Below, one piece after another: positions 34,001 to 42,132 of a stretch of DNA of 64,000 nt (within the stretch, counting starts at the first letter, position 1; each line of letters opens with the position of its first letter). The stretch is taken from positions 4,702-68,701 of the forward strand of contig JAGVHI010000016.1 of the NCBI GenBank assembly GCA_020056635.1. The letters run 5' to 3'. Source of the DNA: an archaeon. Its GTDB lineage: Archaea > Micrarchaeota > Micrarchaeia > Anstonellales > Anstonellaceae. A program made the position numbers and the translations under genes. The notes below the pieces were generated by a model. The model saw only the letters and a list, made by a program, of their open reading frames with translations. It did not search any database and was not told where the DNA came from.

Positions 34001-34084
34001 AAGCGGTGATTCCTGCGCAATGCAAACCGACGCTAAAAGCAGAAGCGCGAATGCGACAGTTTCAATATTTTTCATAAGAATCAA
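28001..34084 (-). CDS. Giant secreted subtilisin-like (S8) serine protease with two FG-GAP/VCBS propeller units (paralog of 21548..26899)
   Basis: 2027 aa. Signal peptide MILMKNIETVAFALLLLASVCIAQE. Catalytic motifs are VVDTGVD (D174), HGTHVAG (H221) and GTSMATP (S421). The C-terminal ~700 aa look more than half identical by eye to the 1783-aa protein. Confidence 0.9.
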   Translation of the reverse strand: MILMKNIETVAFALLLLASVCIAQESPLLEEGQPYWNATPVYAGPSGYLIQFMEAPASVHIGTFPTQPSQFDEAKNYANWLKAAHSGYLSQIENAVPGFSGRQRYDLVLVQNGIMVKEISPAEKAKIEKLSFVKKIYELGHAWPAMPNVTVTLGAVDMWAGGYTGAGVRVGVVDTGVDATHPDFAVPGCTANGSVGPGCRVEWAYDFVYDHDLPQPSYWGHGTHVAGIVAANFTNESGALFRGMAPDATIYDYKVCDLDHFHIEPAPANSCPEISILNAFERILDPNNDSNMEDHVDIATMSIGALDNDPDSIVSLSSDNMVNVGVVAVAAVHNYGYGGGGAYAQYGYVASPAASRKTIGVGASFKFGTLAGFSSRGPVLGGAVKPDVLAIGAMVCSTFWTGHENRSCYGFPGHISYSGTSMATPAAAGAAALLVQQHPEWNPDEIKYALRNTANANVTKSIDGVRFQANVLDKGHGRINAFAAGGSPRPAIVELRKESESRQAVRFEANLNAYANEAAGEYNYTYDVGFMGQNPREDGPILEDPESWLGAYHEQGSVQLAAGMPAQLQFAQIEKVALFPQNGLYLVKLNVSGNGRETIDYFTFVVDNPAVLTPFNGDVYRDSLEINGTVLLPENYTYTVWYAPNGTGGWSAEGITLENGGLQSADGRIARFDAPAGLQSGFYQFRLGMYDQNGGGPSVEQVFAILRIDRGIAQNYPAYIEIPVPRYDHRWSYRSEAYEYELDSYYIMPTLKDVDGDGQKEIAYVENLPDRSTSAVYAIGSDGVSESLVISPPEAEGEVNRLSLHLNDFDLDGENEYSYAKYKAAHYHSVFAQQQDESEFWSLYSNETQPPAWYHYYRMEYQLNNYQVLADLDHDGEKELVFVLPGNLNAAIYVVWANGSVMSGWPQNVTHMVSGQPSQPSPMVGNFDSDPQLEIAYTGMSECFYAENCSMPLGKAYMFELDGSVMPGWPVYYNTSGYPLISTPVAVDLGGDGIDELLVAGGNALRAFGSSGTVAMSVLNGSTFVSSPAVADVDWDGAPDIAVEDNSGLVHLLYADGTEHPGWPVQNQHAYAAGSSWRSGLSVYEPLFGDIDGNGQLDLVYEGREIVSGVPFNTIHARNLAGQELAGFPKYVESSILEGLNLADMNNDGTLELVGTGEGRQRLSWFDNIRIGTNHSDSTVPRQTAYVWHLGAQASQINNAWPTQHRDEGRTNRYVGRLGAPYSFDALGTMEGNISVSWAEADNYPLLAGYAVQLANDSGFGQMVADVNVSLSTRDYTFTNVGEGAYYARAGSRSMNGSYAWAAPAMVGSGALSVGDPYGGDVYGDLMSVDGSAYIPQGFGLFVEYAPVGTEEWSIEGVEIAPSAGPNRTHIADFNAPAGFAPEFYKFRIRVVANDGRELLSQEIATVRIDTGLAQGFPARVPSVARDYPIPMIRNVDADAEKEIIFASRNELDTASVVYVVGADGELEAIVESEPDTNQNLNRLSLQVADIGNDGVQDAVYSSGGNAEGTPYYTSAYSLSGQQGWQESLPDGGRAEQYGTFTVLSDIDRNGQKELVFVAPSGEHMRSIYVKSLAGVTRNGWPTETADCGPRDGVQPSPIVANLDADSDLEVVYAAEGDNCDVPSGKAVAFNPNGSPVPGWPVLFDSPARASSASADLDDDGKDEVIIPTRNGLYAYRPNGELIWHALEGQWAEAPALADLDFDGGLEIVVSVTGTQHGIRVLNEQGQLVGSWDTNLAWDDRMGPVLADADGDGSLDIIHEDVENVSGTVFGMLRARDIEGNDAVAPKYVELTVLGSHGKAIADIDGDGMLELVSGSEGANRYGTGEDVATRQSVYAWSLGGNAGPRSRVWPTLGRNFERTGRQITRMSAPYGFNAVVSGNSITVSFVEADDYMFLSGYALQESMSQDFANSPIQEVPAPGNYVIGGLANGWHYVRAASVNSFAMPPDQRYAWTAAKRVCIGGIANCPATPIDVVGIGNRRRIDWNSQIVNSIGAIGPGVSINNSTEVGINAIEGIVADAGNIITEEG

Positions 34085-34374
34085 TCTCCCCTAGCGCGCT
34101 CTAGGCATGCGCATATAATCCGGAAAACAGGATGCAGAAAAAGCACGGGAAAAGTTTCTCTTGGCTAACCAATCGGGACACGCACATTGCATTCGGAACA
34201 AATGCATTAGGCAACCACTCTAACTTCCTTTCTCTCCCGACGAATATTTGTTGTAGCTAGTATATAAACGTTTTGTTGCTTGAAAATGCAGAAAATCGGC
34301 TCCACTATGCCCATTGCTGAAAAAAGAAAAATGGAAAAAGCGAAAATAAGCAAAACGGGAAAAAATCAGCCCAT

Positions 34375-35118
34375 TTACCCGTACATGGGGCCCAGCGACT
34401 GCGCAGATTCCGTCTTCTTGTAATGCTGCTGCGCCATTTTCGCCTTTCCCATCATGTCTCGCATTTTGTTCTCAATAAGCTTGGACTCGCGCTCAAGCTC
34501 GCTGGTGTCAATCTCAATCCCAAGCATCCCGTGCACGATTTCAAGCACCATGCTCGCAGCTTTCGGGTCTATGTACTCCTCGTGCGATTCCGCAAGCAAG
34601 GATGCGACCGGGAATTCCAGTATTGCGCCGCGCGCAAGCAGCACCCCTGTGACTCCAGTGGTCGCGCCCTCGTCAATGAGCTTTATCGCCTTGTACTTGG
34701 AGAGCGTGTCCCTCATCTTCTGCGTGCTTGCAATCGCGTACACAGTGTCCTGCTCCCCCTTTATCGTGATTCCCCCAAGCGAGATGATTTGCGATACCTT
34801 GTTCTTTTCCGCGAATTGGAAAAGTTCATCCGCAAGCTCGTGCACAGCGTCCATCGGTATTACAAACTCGGATATGAACACAATGAGATTGTGCTTCTCT
34901 GAGCAATAGATTCTTGCAGGGTGGAGCGGGATTTTCCCGTGCACTGCCGCAAGCGGTGGGAATTTCTCTGAGGTGATATACCCCATGGGCTTCATTTTCA
35001 GCTTCTCCACTATGTAGCTTGCGGAAATCGTGCCAACAAGCCCGAGCCCTGGGAACCCCTCAATCAAAGTCGGGTTCTTTAGCTTAAACTTTCCAAGCTG
35101 GTGCAGTTCTAGTGCCAT
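34375..35118 (-). CDS. PAC2-family proteasome assembly chaperone
   Basis: LIEGFPGLGLVGTISASYIVEKL...PPLAAVHGKIPLHPARIY. The likely start is MALELHQ at 35118 (the ORF track extends to 35208). Confidence 0.75.
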   Translation of the reverse strand: MALELHQLGKFKLKNPTLIEGFPGLGLVGTISASYIVEKLKMKPMGYITSEKFPPLAAVHGKIPLHPARIYCSEKHNLIVFISEFVIPMDAVHELADELFQFAEKNKVSQIISLGGITIKGEQDTVYAIASTQKMRDTLSKYKAIKLIDEGATTGVTGVLLARGAILEFPVASLLAESHEEYIDPKAASMVLEIVHGMLGIEIDTSELERESKLIENKMRDMMGKAKMAQQHYKKTESAQSLGPMYG

Positions 35119-35173
35119 ATTCCCGGTTATTCCTTCCCAATCTTTTAAAATACTCCCCTGCGCTTCTTCACGC

Positions 35174-36439
35174 ATGGAAAAACTGCTAGCGCTCGCCCGC
35201 AGGCACAACCTCGAGGCCGAATTCTACCACGAGCGCTCGCACGGGATAACGCTTGGCACAGCAGGCAGCGCTGTGAAATTCAAGTCAAGCGAATTTTGCG
35301 AGGGCTATTCTGTGCGCGTGCTCCACCAAGGGCGCATTGGCTTTGCGTATTTTGAGCGCTTGGCCGATGCGGAAAAAACAACCTTGCTTGCAAAAAAGCT
35401 CTCCTCATTTTCCCCCAAATCCGGCTTCTCATTTGCCCAAAAGCAAAAATATGCAAAAATCATACCGTATGACAAAAGGGTGGCGGCAATCACCCCAGAG
35501 GATGCGGTATCGCACGCAAAGGAAATGCTCAAATCCGCCTCTTCAATAAAAGGCGCAATCCCAACTGAAGGCAGCATCTCATTCTCAACTGGCGGGTTCG
35601 AGCTTGCAAGCTCAAGCGGCCTTTTTTCCAGCTCCCGCTCCACCGGGCTCTCAATCTGGTGCGGCGCCAATTTCAAAGGGAGCACCGGGGGCGCAAGCTT
35701 CTCGCACTATAAATTCGAGGACAAATTCGCTGCGGTCGGAAAGGAAGCGGCTCAGGTTGCAAAGCGCATGCACACTGCGAAAAAAATCCCCCAGAAAAAG
35801 ATGACTGTGATTTTCGGGCGCGAGGCGCTTCACTCGCTTTTGCACGGGATACTGCTCCCCTCGCTGAATGGAGACTGGGCTAGGCGGAAAATTTCAAAGT
35901 TCACCGGGTTAGAGGGCAAGCAGGTTGCAAGCGAATGCTTTACGCTATCTGATGACCCGTTTGCGGACGCGGCAGGGCTCTCCCCATTCGACGGGGAAGG
36001 GGTTGCGGCAAAGCGCATCCCACTGATTGAAAAGGGAATTTTCCGCTCTTTCCTATTCGACAGGCTCACTGCCTCGCTTGCGCAGGTTGATGCGCAGGGC
36101 TCATGCGCAAGGGGAAGCTACCTTGGAAGCCCCTCAATCTCCCCAAGCAACCTCTCAATCGCACCAGGCACTATCCGCAACCTGGAATCCGAATTCCCAA
36201 ATTCCCTAATTGTTCGCGATTTCCACGGCGAGCACACCGCAAACAAGGTGACTGGGGACTTTTCAGTTTCGCTTGATGCGGCCTTCCTTGCGGACGGCAA
36301 ATCGGTGCGCGGCAACCTCCTTTCCTCCAACATATTCGAAATGCTAAAAAACATAGCAGGGGCAGAAAAGGGTGCTTGCGCCTATGCCGATATGGTTGCT
36401 CCCAGGGTTGCATTCGGGGATATCCTTATAGTCGGATAG
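35174..36439 (+). CDS. TldD/PmbA-family metalloprotease
   Basis: Starts [19 protein letters not shown]-terminal motifs are [26 protein letters not shown] and [13 protein letters not shown]. Confidence 0.8.
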   Translation: MEKLLALARRHNLEAEFYHERSHGITLGTAGSAVKFKSSEFCEGYSVRVLHQGRIGFAYFERLADAEKTTLLAKKLSSFSPKSGFSFAQKQKYAKIIPYDKRVAAITPEDAVSHAKEMLKSASSIKGAIPTEGSISFSTGGFELASSSGLFSSSRSTGLSIWCGANFKGSTGGASFSHYKFEDKFAAVGKEAAQVAKRMHTAKKIPQKKMTVIFGREALHSLLHGILLPSLNGDWARRKISKFTGLEGKQVASECFTLSDDPFADAAGLSPFDGEGVAAKRIPLIEKGIFRSFLFDRLTASLAQVDAQGSCARGSYLGSPSISPSNLSIAPGTIRNLESEFPNSLIVRDFHGEHTANKVTGDFSVSLDAAFLADGKSVRGNLLSSNIFEMLKNIAGAEKGACAYADMVAPRVAFGDILIVG

Positions 36440-36465
36440 GCTGCAAGCAAGACAGGGAGGATAAA

Positions 36466-38475
36466 ATGCGAAAGTTCAAAACCACTGCCGAAGTTACGGT
36501 CCCGGAAAAGCTCGTGGACCAGGTAATCGGGCAGGAGGAGGCAGTCAAGCTAATAAAAAAAGCCGCAAAGCAGCGGCGCCACGTGCTGATGCTAGGCTCG
36601 CCAGGAACCGGAAAAAGCATGCTTGCACAGGCTATGGCCGAGCTCATGCCCGCAGCCGCGCTCGAGGACGTGCTTGTATACCCCAGCCCGAATGATGAGA
36701 ACCGCCCCATGGTGCGCGTGGTGAAAACGTACCCTTCGCGCGAGGAGATAAAGCGAGACCCGCAGCTCCAGCTTCTCTACCGCACGTTCGAATCCGCGAA
36801 AGCGATGCTGCCCCCACAGCAGCAGGCCGAGCAAAAGAAGGAGCCCGAGCTTGGGCAGGGGAGGAAAATAATAGAGAGCGGGAAGATGCGCGCGCAGTTC
36901 CAGTCACGCGGCATTTCCCCGATGCTGCTTTTCGCGCTTTTGATAATGGGCGCAGTCATACTTATCTACTCCACCAACGGGATGGATCCAGACAGCCGCT
37001 GGTTCCTGCTTGCAATCATTTTCGGGGTCGCATTCATGTTCCTTATGTACCGCTTCACCTCGCAGCTTGGGAGGAGGATGGGCATGGCAATGGGCGATGG
37101 GATCGAGCCCAAGCTCATAGTGGACAATTCGGGCAGGCGCAACGCCCCGTTTGTCGATGCGACCGGCTCAAAGGCGGGCGCGCTCCTTGGGGATGTGAAG
37201 CACGACCCGCTCCAATCAGGCGGGCTTGGCACCCCTGCGCACCTGCGTGTGGAATCCGGAGCAATCCACCGCGCGAACAAAGGCGTCCTATTCATAGATG
37301 AAATCGCCTCCCTCCGCCCCAGGGCGCAGCAGGAGCTTCTCACAGCGATGCAGGAGAAGAAATATTCCATCACCGGGCAGTCCGAAATGTCATCTGGCGC
37401 AATCGTGAAAACCGAGCCGGTCCCATGCGATTTTGTGCTTGTTGCGTCAGGCAACATAATGGACATACGGGGAATGCACCCTGCGATGCGCTCGCGCATA
37501 CGCGGCTCGGGCTACGAAGTCTACGTGCAGGACTCGATGCCAGACACAATTGAGAACGAAGACAAACTGGTGCAGTTCATAGCGCAGGAAGTGAAAAAGG
37601 ATGCAAAAATCCCCCATTTCACTTACGATGCGGTCATTGAAATAATTCACGATGCAAGACGGAAAGCGGGCAGGAAAAAAAGGCTCACGCTCAATTTGCG
37701 CGAGCTTGGGGGGTTGGTGCGCGCAGCAGGCGACATTGCAGTGGACGAGGGCGCGGCGCTTGTAACTCCCGAGCACGTGCAAAAGGCGCGCGGGCTTGCG
37801 CAGACTCTTGAGCAGCAGATTTCACGCCGCTCAATCGAGCACAAGAAGGATTACCAGATGTACATGTCCTCTGGCTTCGCGATCGGGAAGGTGAACGGGC
37901 TTGCAGTCATGGGCGACGGCTCATCCGGGCTCGTGCTTCCTATAGTTGCGGAAGTGACCCCGGCCTCCTCGAAGAGCGAAGGGAAGCTCATTGCGACCGG
38001 GAAGCTTGGCACGATTGCAAAGGAGGCGGTTGAGAACGTTTCTGCGATAGTGAAAAAGCACATAGGCAAGGACATTTCCCAATACGACATACACGTGCAG
38101 TTCCTTCAAACCTACGAAGGGGTAGAAGGCGACAGCGCCTCTATTTCAATCGCAATCGCGGTTCTTTCCGCAATGGAAGGGATCGGGGTTGACGAATCCT
38201 ATGCGATGACAGGCTCGCTCTCAGTCCGCGGCGAAGTGCTGCCTGTGGGCGGAGTTACTGCGAAAACCGAGGCTGCAATAGATGGCGGAATACGCAACGT
38301 AATCGTGCCCAAATCCAATGCCGAGGACATCTACCTTGCGGAAAGCATGAAAAAGAGCGTGAAAATCATCCCTGTCTCCAACATCATAGACGTGGTTGAG
38401 CTTGTGTTCAAGGATTCGGAACAAAAAGAGAAGATAATACGCAAGATGCGGGGCATGCTAAACGGGAAGAAATAG
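36466..38475 (+). CDS. lon: Archaeal membrane-bound Lon protease (LonB)
   Basis: GGGAGG SD upstream. Walker A GSPGTGKS. Two TM helices are inserted in the AAA+ domain ([34 protein letters not shown]). The protease domain has [15 protein letters not shown] and [10 protein letters not shown]. Confidence 0.95.
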   Translation: MRKFKTTAEVTVPEKLVDQVIGQEEAVKLIKKAAKQRRHVLMLGSPGTGKSMLAQAMAELMPAAALEDVLVYPSPNDENRPMVRVVKTYPSREEIKRDPQLQLLYRTFESAKAMLPPQQQAEQKKEPELGQGRKIIESGKMRAQFQSRGISPMLLFALLIMGAVILIYSTNGMDPDSRWFLLAIIFGVAFMFLMYRFTSQLGRRMGMAMGDGIEPKLIVDNSGRRNAPFVDATGSKAGALLGDVKHDPLQSGGLGTPAHLRVESGAIHRANKGVLFIDEIASLRPRAQQELLTAMQEKKYSITGQSEMSSGAIVKTEPVPCDFVLVASGNIMDIRGMHPAMRSRIRGSGYEVYVQDSMPDTIENEDKLVQFIAQEVKKDAKIPHFTYDAVIEIIHDARRKAGRKKRLTLNLRELGGLVRAAGDIAVDEGAALVTPEHVQKARGLAQTLEQQISRRSIEHKKDYQMYMSSGFAIGKVNGLAVMGDGSSGLVLPIVAEVTPASSKSEGKLIATGKLGTIAKEAVENVSAIVKKHIGKDISQYDIHVQFLQTYEGVEGDSASISIAIAVLSAMEGIGVDESYAMTGSLSVRGEVLPVGGVTAKTEAAIDGGIRNVIVPKSNAEDIYLAESMKKSVKIIPVSNIIDVVELVFKDSEQKEKIIRKMRGMLNGKK

Positions 38476-38479
38476 CGCT

Positions 38480-39388
38480 TTAGTGGATTGTAATCCCACC
38501 CCTCCCGCCAATCTGAATCCCGAAATAAATTCCAAGCATTTCCGAAGCAAAATCCGTTGTCGCATGGCAATTTCCAATTCTGGCAACATTTGTCAGCGCT
38601 TCTTTTAGCATTTCCTGAAGCCTTATGTTCGCCTTATGTCTCGCATCCCAAACTTTCATCCCGTCTGTTCTGTTTATCGAGTTCTCAATCTCCGCAGAGA
38701 GCATTCCTGCCGCAAGCAGGCTCGGCTTTTCGATAAAAGAAGAAGCAATCGTTTCAAGCATCCAAATCAGGCCATGCAGAGCCACGCTCCCAAAAATCTC
38801 GGTAGTGTACCTGCCGTACCTTCTGTCCTCAACCACCACTTCATGCCAGCTTTTCTCATCCGAATTCTCCACCTCCTGTTCAATCCTCTTGGAGAGAATC
38901 CCATACATCCCAAAAACAGCCGCAGGTCCTATCTCCTCATGCGCCAGCTTGTCGCTTGCTAGCAGGGCCAATTCCCTTCCAACTGCCTCGGCCCCATCGG
39001 TCCACTCCTGCGCCACCCTCGTGTCCAAATCCGAAACAAGCACTGCTGTAGCAGTCAGGCCAACAGCTGTACTCCCGCGCCTGGCAATTCTTGAAAGGGT
39101 GCTTGCAGCCATCCAGATTCTTCCCTCTTCTGTTCCGGGCAATTCGGACAAAAGGGAGCCAATCTTAGCGACCGCAACCAAGCCCGCGTTACCACCCTCG
39201 CTTTCCAACGCAGCAATTTCAAAGCGCGCAAGGTCCATGGCAAACTCGAGTTCTGTGCTGTCCCTTCCTCTGCCCTTGGAAATCCCATGCGGCTCCGGCT
39301 GTTTCAAATGCACCCTGCTAAACAGCGGGCGCCCTGCCAATTCTGGAGTTCGCAGCGTACCCTGCCTGCGGAATTTCCTCCTTGTCAT
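38480..39388 (-). CDS. Hypothetical protein
   Basis: 302-aa ORF with protein-like composition and no motif I recognise. Confidence 0.5.
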   Translation of the reverse strand: MTRRKFRRQGTLRTPELAGRPLFSRVHLKQPEPHGISKGRGRDSTELEFAMDLARFEIAALESEGGNAGLVAVAKIGSLLSELPGTEEGRIWMAASTLSRIARRGSTAVGLTATAVLVSDLDTRVAQEWTDGAEAVGRELALLASDKLAHEEIGPAAVFGMYGILSKRIEQEVENSDEKSWHEVVVEDRRYGRYTTEIFGSVALHGLIWMLETIASSFIEKPSLLAAGMLSAEIENSINRTDGMKVWDARHKANIRLQEMLKEALTNVARIGNCHATTDFASEMLGIYFGIQIGGRGGITIH

Positions 39389-39513
39389 ATGTGGTAACTT
39401 GTAGATTTCCTACCTTTTAACCCTATTTCCAATGCATTTCGCCTGAGTGCTGCCTTTAAAAGAATATTCGATATAATCAAATCACTAATCTATTACTACA
39501 GGAAGGTGTCTGT

Positions 39514-39627
39514 TTGGGTGCAAGACCTAGAAAATGGAAAAAGAAAGGCCGCATGCGCTGGAAATGGCTAAAGAAGCGCCGCAAGCGCCTTAAGCGAAGG
39601 ATGAAGCGCAGGGTAGGCGAGCTCTAG
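39514..39627 (+). CDS. rpl41e: 50S ribosomal protein L41e (eL41)
   Basis: Not in the ORF track (37 aa, TTG start). Translation is [37 protein letters not shown], carrying the [11 protein letters not shown] core I recall for archaeal L41e. GGAAGGTG SD lies 6 nt upstream. Confidence 0.75.
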   Translation: MGARPRKWKKKGRMRWKWLKKRRKRLKRRMKRRVGEL

Positions 39628-39910
39628 CCTGCATTTGGTGAGGGAATGAACCATCCACTAGTTAAGCGAGCGGGCAAAGCCCCTAACGATTTTCGGGTGC
39701 ACAGCTATATCCTCCACCCAAGCAGGCTGGGCCAGAGAATCCGGGCATTATTTTCAAGCAAGGCAAAGCCTCCTGAACGAAACCCCGTATCGCTCGAAAG
39801 CGCAGGCGGCGGAGACCCGCACCTGGCTGACATTGTTGCAGGCGCGCCCATTGGTTGCGTATCCGAACCGCCCAGCATCTTATTCAGAAAGAAACCCTGA
39901 TGCGCATTAT

Positions 39911-40939
39911 TCAATTCACGAATTCTTCGGCAAATAGCTTCCCCTTCTCATTTTTCACTTTCACATTCACTTTCTTCCCAACGAGCGCGCTTGCTTTTAG
40001 CATTGCAACTGTTTCCACTTTAACATCCGCAGGGATGTTCGAAGCCTCCAAGAACTGCAGCACAAGCTTTCCTTCGAACACCACGCTTTTTCCGTCAATT
40101 AGCGCAATCACCCTCCCCTCCTCAAACGCGTAGCTTTCAACCTCCCCGCTCACCACATCCTCGCGCACCGCGCGCGCAAGCCTCACAATCCTCGAGTACA
40201 GGTTCACATGCAGTTCAGTGTTCTTGAAAAGCGCATTCTCGATTTTCACCGCATCCCCGGCCCCCAGCTCTTTCACTTTCGCAGTCTCGCTCCACACTAC
40301 TACTCTCACTTCCCCCGTCTGGTCCTCAAGCACGAACGACGACATCACACGCTCCTTTCCGTCCCGCACGAAATAATAATCAAGGTTTATGCTTTTCACT
40401 TTCCCAATGCAATTATTCAGCCCCTCCAAAAGTTCCTTCACCCCTCTTGCTTTCGCTGGCTCCTGCACCGATATTTTCCCGCTGTACTTGAGATACAGCT
40501 CCCCGCCCCTCATGTATGCGCCTTCCACTGTGACCCTGTCCCCAATTCCTATCGCCCCGTCCACGAGCTTTGCCTGCTCGTTCCAGAGCACAAGCGTCAG
40601 CTCGCCGCTTGAATCCGAAACAAACATCCTCACCGATTTCCTTTTCCCGTCAGCGCTTGCAAGCTGCGGGAATATTCTGGTGACAGTGGCTCCAAACGAG
40701 GCATTCGCCATATCCGGCCTAATGTCCGAGAGAAGGAGGGGCTCGTTCCCAAACAGCCCTTCCCGCTTTGCAATCACCCTAAGCGCAGCCTCGTGCGTGA
40801 GGAGCCCTGAGTATTTCCTAACCAGGTCCGAAACCATCCACTCCACTTGCTCGCCAGTGTATTTTTTCGCAAGGGCTTCTGCTGCGGATTGCATACCTCC
40901 CCTCTTCCCAGTTAAGCTTTTTATTCCCAAACCGCGCAT
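39911..40939 (-). CDS. RPA-like single-stranded DNA-binding protein (two OB folds)
   Basis: Repeated OB pattern: VTRIFP...GKRKSVRMFVSDSSGELTLVLWNEQA...GDRVTVEGAYMRGGELYL and VMSSFVLEDQTGEVRVVVWSETA...GDAVKIENALFKNTELHV. The start may be the Met at 40894. Confidence 0.7.
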   Translation of the reverse strand: MRGLGIKSLTGKRGGMQSAAEALAKKYTGEQVEWMVSDLVRKYSGLLTHEAALRVIAKREGLFGNEPLLLSDIRPDMANASFGATVTRIFPQLASADGKRKSVRMFVSDSSGELTLVLWNEQAKLVDGAIGIGDRVTVEGAYMRGGELYLKYSGKISVQEPAKARGVKELLEGLNNCIGKVKSINLDYYFVRDGKERVMSSFVLEDQTGEVRVVVWSETAKVKELGAGDAVKIENALFKNTELHVNLYSRIVRLARAVREDVVSGEVESYAFEEGRVIALIDGKSVVFEGKLVLQFLEASNIPADVKVETVAMLKASALVGKKVNVKVKNEKGKLFAEEFVN

Positions 40940-40947
40940 GGGGGCAC

Positions 40948-41835
40948 ATGGACATAATAACAGTCGGCCATATCGTTTACGACATCCGCGCCTACGTTGA
41001 GCACCTACCGGAGCCTGACGTTCGCGGGCTGATGCGCGAGCCTTTCCACGTGGGCGGGGGAGGAAGCGCAGCGAACGTTGCAGTGAACTGCTCTAGGCTT
41101 GGGAAGCGCGCAGGCGTGATAGGCAATTTGGGCAAGGACCACCATGGCAGGTTCCTGTGGGACAACCTGTGGGCCGAGGGGGTGGACACGCGCGAAGTCC
41201 GCCTGTTCGACGGGCGCACAGCGCTCTCAATAATCACAATCGACCGGAAAGGCGAGGTAGAAGTGACTCAGGATTTGGGCGTTGCGGAGCGCGACCGAGC
41301 AATCGATCCCTCCTACATTTCCGAAACCCGCCACCTGCACCTTGCAGGCACGAGCCTTGAGATGCTGCTTCGCGCAGCATCGATAGGCTCCAAAAAAGGG
41401 GTTTCAATCTCATTTGACCCCGGGAGGGCAGCTGCGTTTCACGGCGAGAAAAAGCTCTCCCCGATTTTGCGCGCAACCGATTACCTGCTTGTGAACAGAA
41501 AGGAGCTCAAATACATCACAGGTTCGGATTCAGACCACGCTGCCAAGCACCTTGCAAGCAAATACGACCTTGCAATCGTAATCAAAAGCGGTTCTGCGCC
41601 AATAGTCACTTTCGGGGTTGAAGAAGTTTCAGCCCCGCCTTTCAAAGTAAAGGCAATCGACACCATAGGCGCAGGGGACGCGTTCTGCGCAGGGTTCCTA
41701 TGCTCGATTCTGGATTCCAAGAACCTCACCCAGGCTGTGCGCTTTGCAAATGCTGCGGGCGCTGCAAAGGTATTGCACCGCGGGGCGCAGGGCATGCCCA
41801 AAAAGCAGTGGATAGAAAAAACGTTTGGAGTATAA
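40948..41835 (+). CDS. PfkB-family carbohydrate/nucleoside kinase
   Basis: HVGGGGSAANVAV and DTIGAGDAFCAGFL motifs. Confidence 0.85.
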   Translation: MDIITVGHIVYDIRAYVEHLPEPDVRGLMREPFHVGGGGSAANVAVNCSRLGKRAGVIGNLGKDHHGRFLWDNLWAEGVDTREVRLFDGRTALSIITIDRKGEVEVTQDLGVAERDRAIDPSYISETRHLHLAGTSLEMLLRAASIGSKKGVSISFDPGRAAAFHGEKKLSPILRATDYLLVNRKELKYITGSDSDHAAKHLASKYDLAIVIKSGSAPIVTFGVEEVSAPPFKVKAIDTIGAGDAFCAGFLCSILDSKNLTQAVRFANAAGAAKVLHRGAQGMPKKQWIEKTFGV

Positions 41836-41842
41836 TTGAACA

Positions 41843-42088
41843 ATGGCACGCGAAATCAGGGGTTGCATGAACTGCGGCAGCCCAAACCTCGACTTTCTCC
41901 CAGTCGCCTCGGAAGCTTACATCGGGACCGTGGTCCTTACAGACAATGCACTTTGCAGAAATTGCGATTTTTACGGAATCCCGCTAATCTTCAAGGGCGA
42001 AAAGATGCGACAAGCGTACGAGAATGCAAAAAGGAAACGCACAATGCCCAAAAAATATGCAAAGCCAAAAAAAGCGAAAAGCAAATAG
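41843..42088 (+). CDS. Small zinc-ribbon protein with a basic C-terminal tail
   Basis: 81 aa with CMNCGS...CRNCDF (two CxxC pairs) and a Lys-rich tail, KRKRTMPKKYAKPKKAKSK. Confidence 0.5.
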   Translation: MAREIRGCMNCGSPNLDFLPVASEAYIGTVVLTDNALCRNCDFYGIPLIFKGEKMRQAYENAKRKRTMPKKYAKPKKAKSK

Positions 42089-42132
42089 CATACGGTAACG
42101 CAAAGAAGAAAAAGCAGTCTCGGGTGTTTTCC

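Noticed and set aside
21548-34084. The idea that the T9SS-CTD-bearing operon means the contig is bacterial or a chimeric assembly.
   Set aside because: Unambiguously archaeal genes flank it on both sides (an intron-containing tRNA and RtcB on the left; PAC2, LonB, L41e, FEN1 and A-ATPase on the right), and intergenic spacing is normal. HGT is the simpler reading. A mis-join can only be excluded with read data.
38480-39388. A twin-arginine (Tat) signal at the N-terminus (MTRRKFRRQG).
   Set aside because: The RR motif is not followed by a hydrophobic h-region or a cleavage site.
39646-39900. The 84-aa ORF as a genuine protein gene.
   Set aside because: It has odd composition and no motifs, and a mirror antisense ORF of similar length exists. 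The region has many hairpins. It is treated instead as a possible ncRNA locus at low confidence.
41836-42132. The 99-aa N-terminal extension of the NFACT ORF given by the ORF track.
   Set aside because: The extension is Arg/Lys/Gln-rich noise and overlaps the better-looking zinc-ribbon ORF in another frame. The NFACT-N homology starts right after the Met at 42133. Similar upstream extensions were trimmed for lon (36376), tldD/pmbA (35030), PAC2 (35208), the ACT genes and the cyt-b5-like gene (17799).
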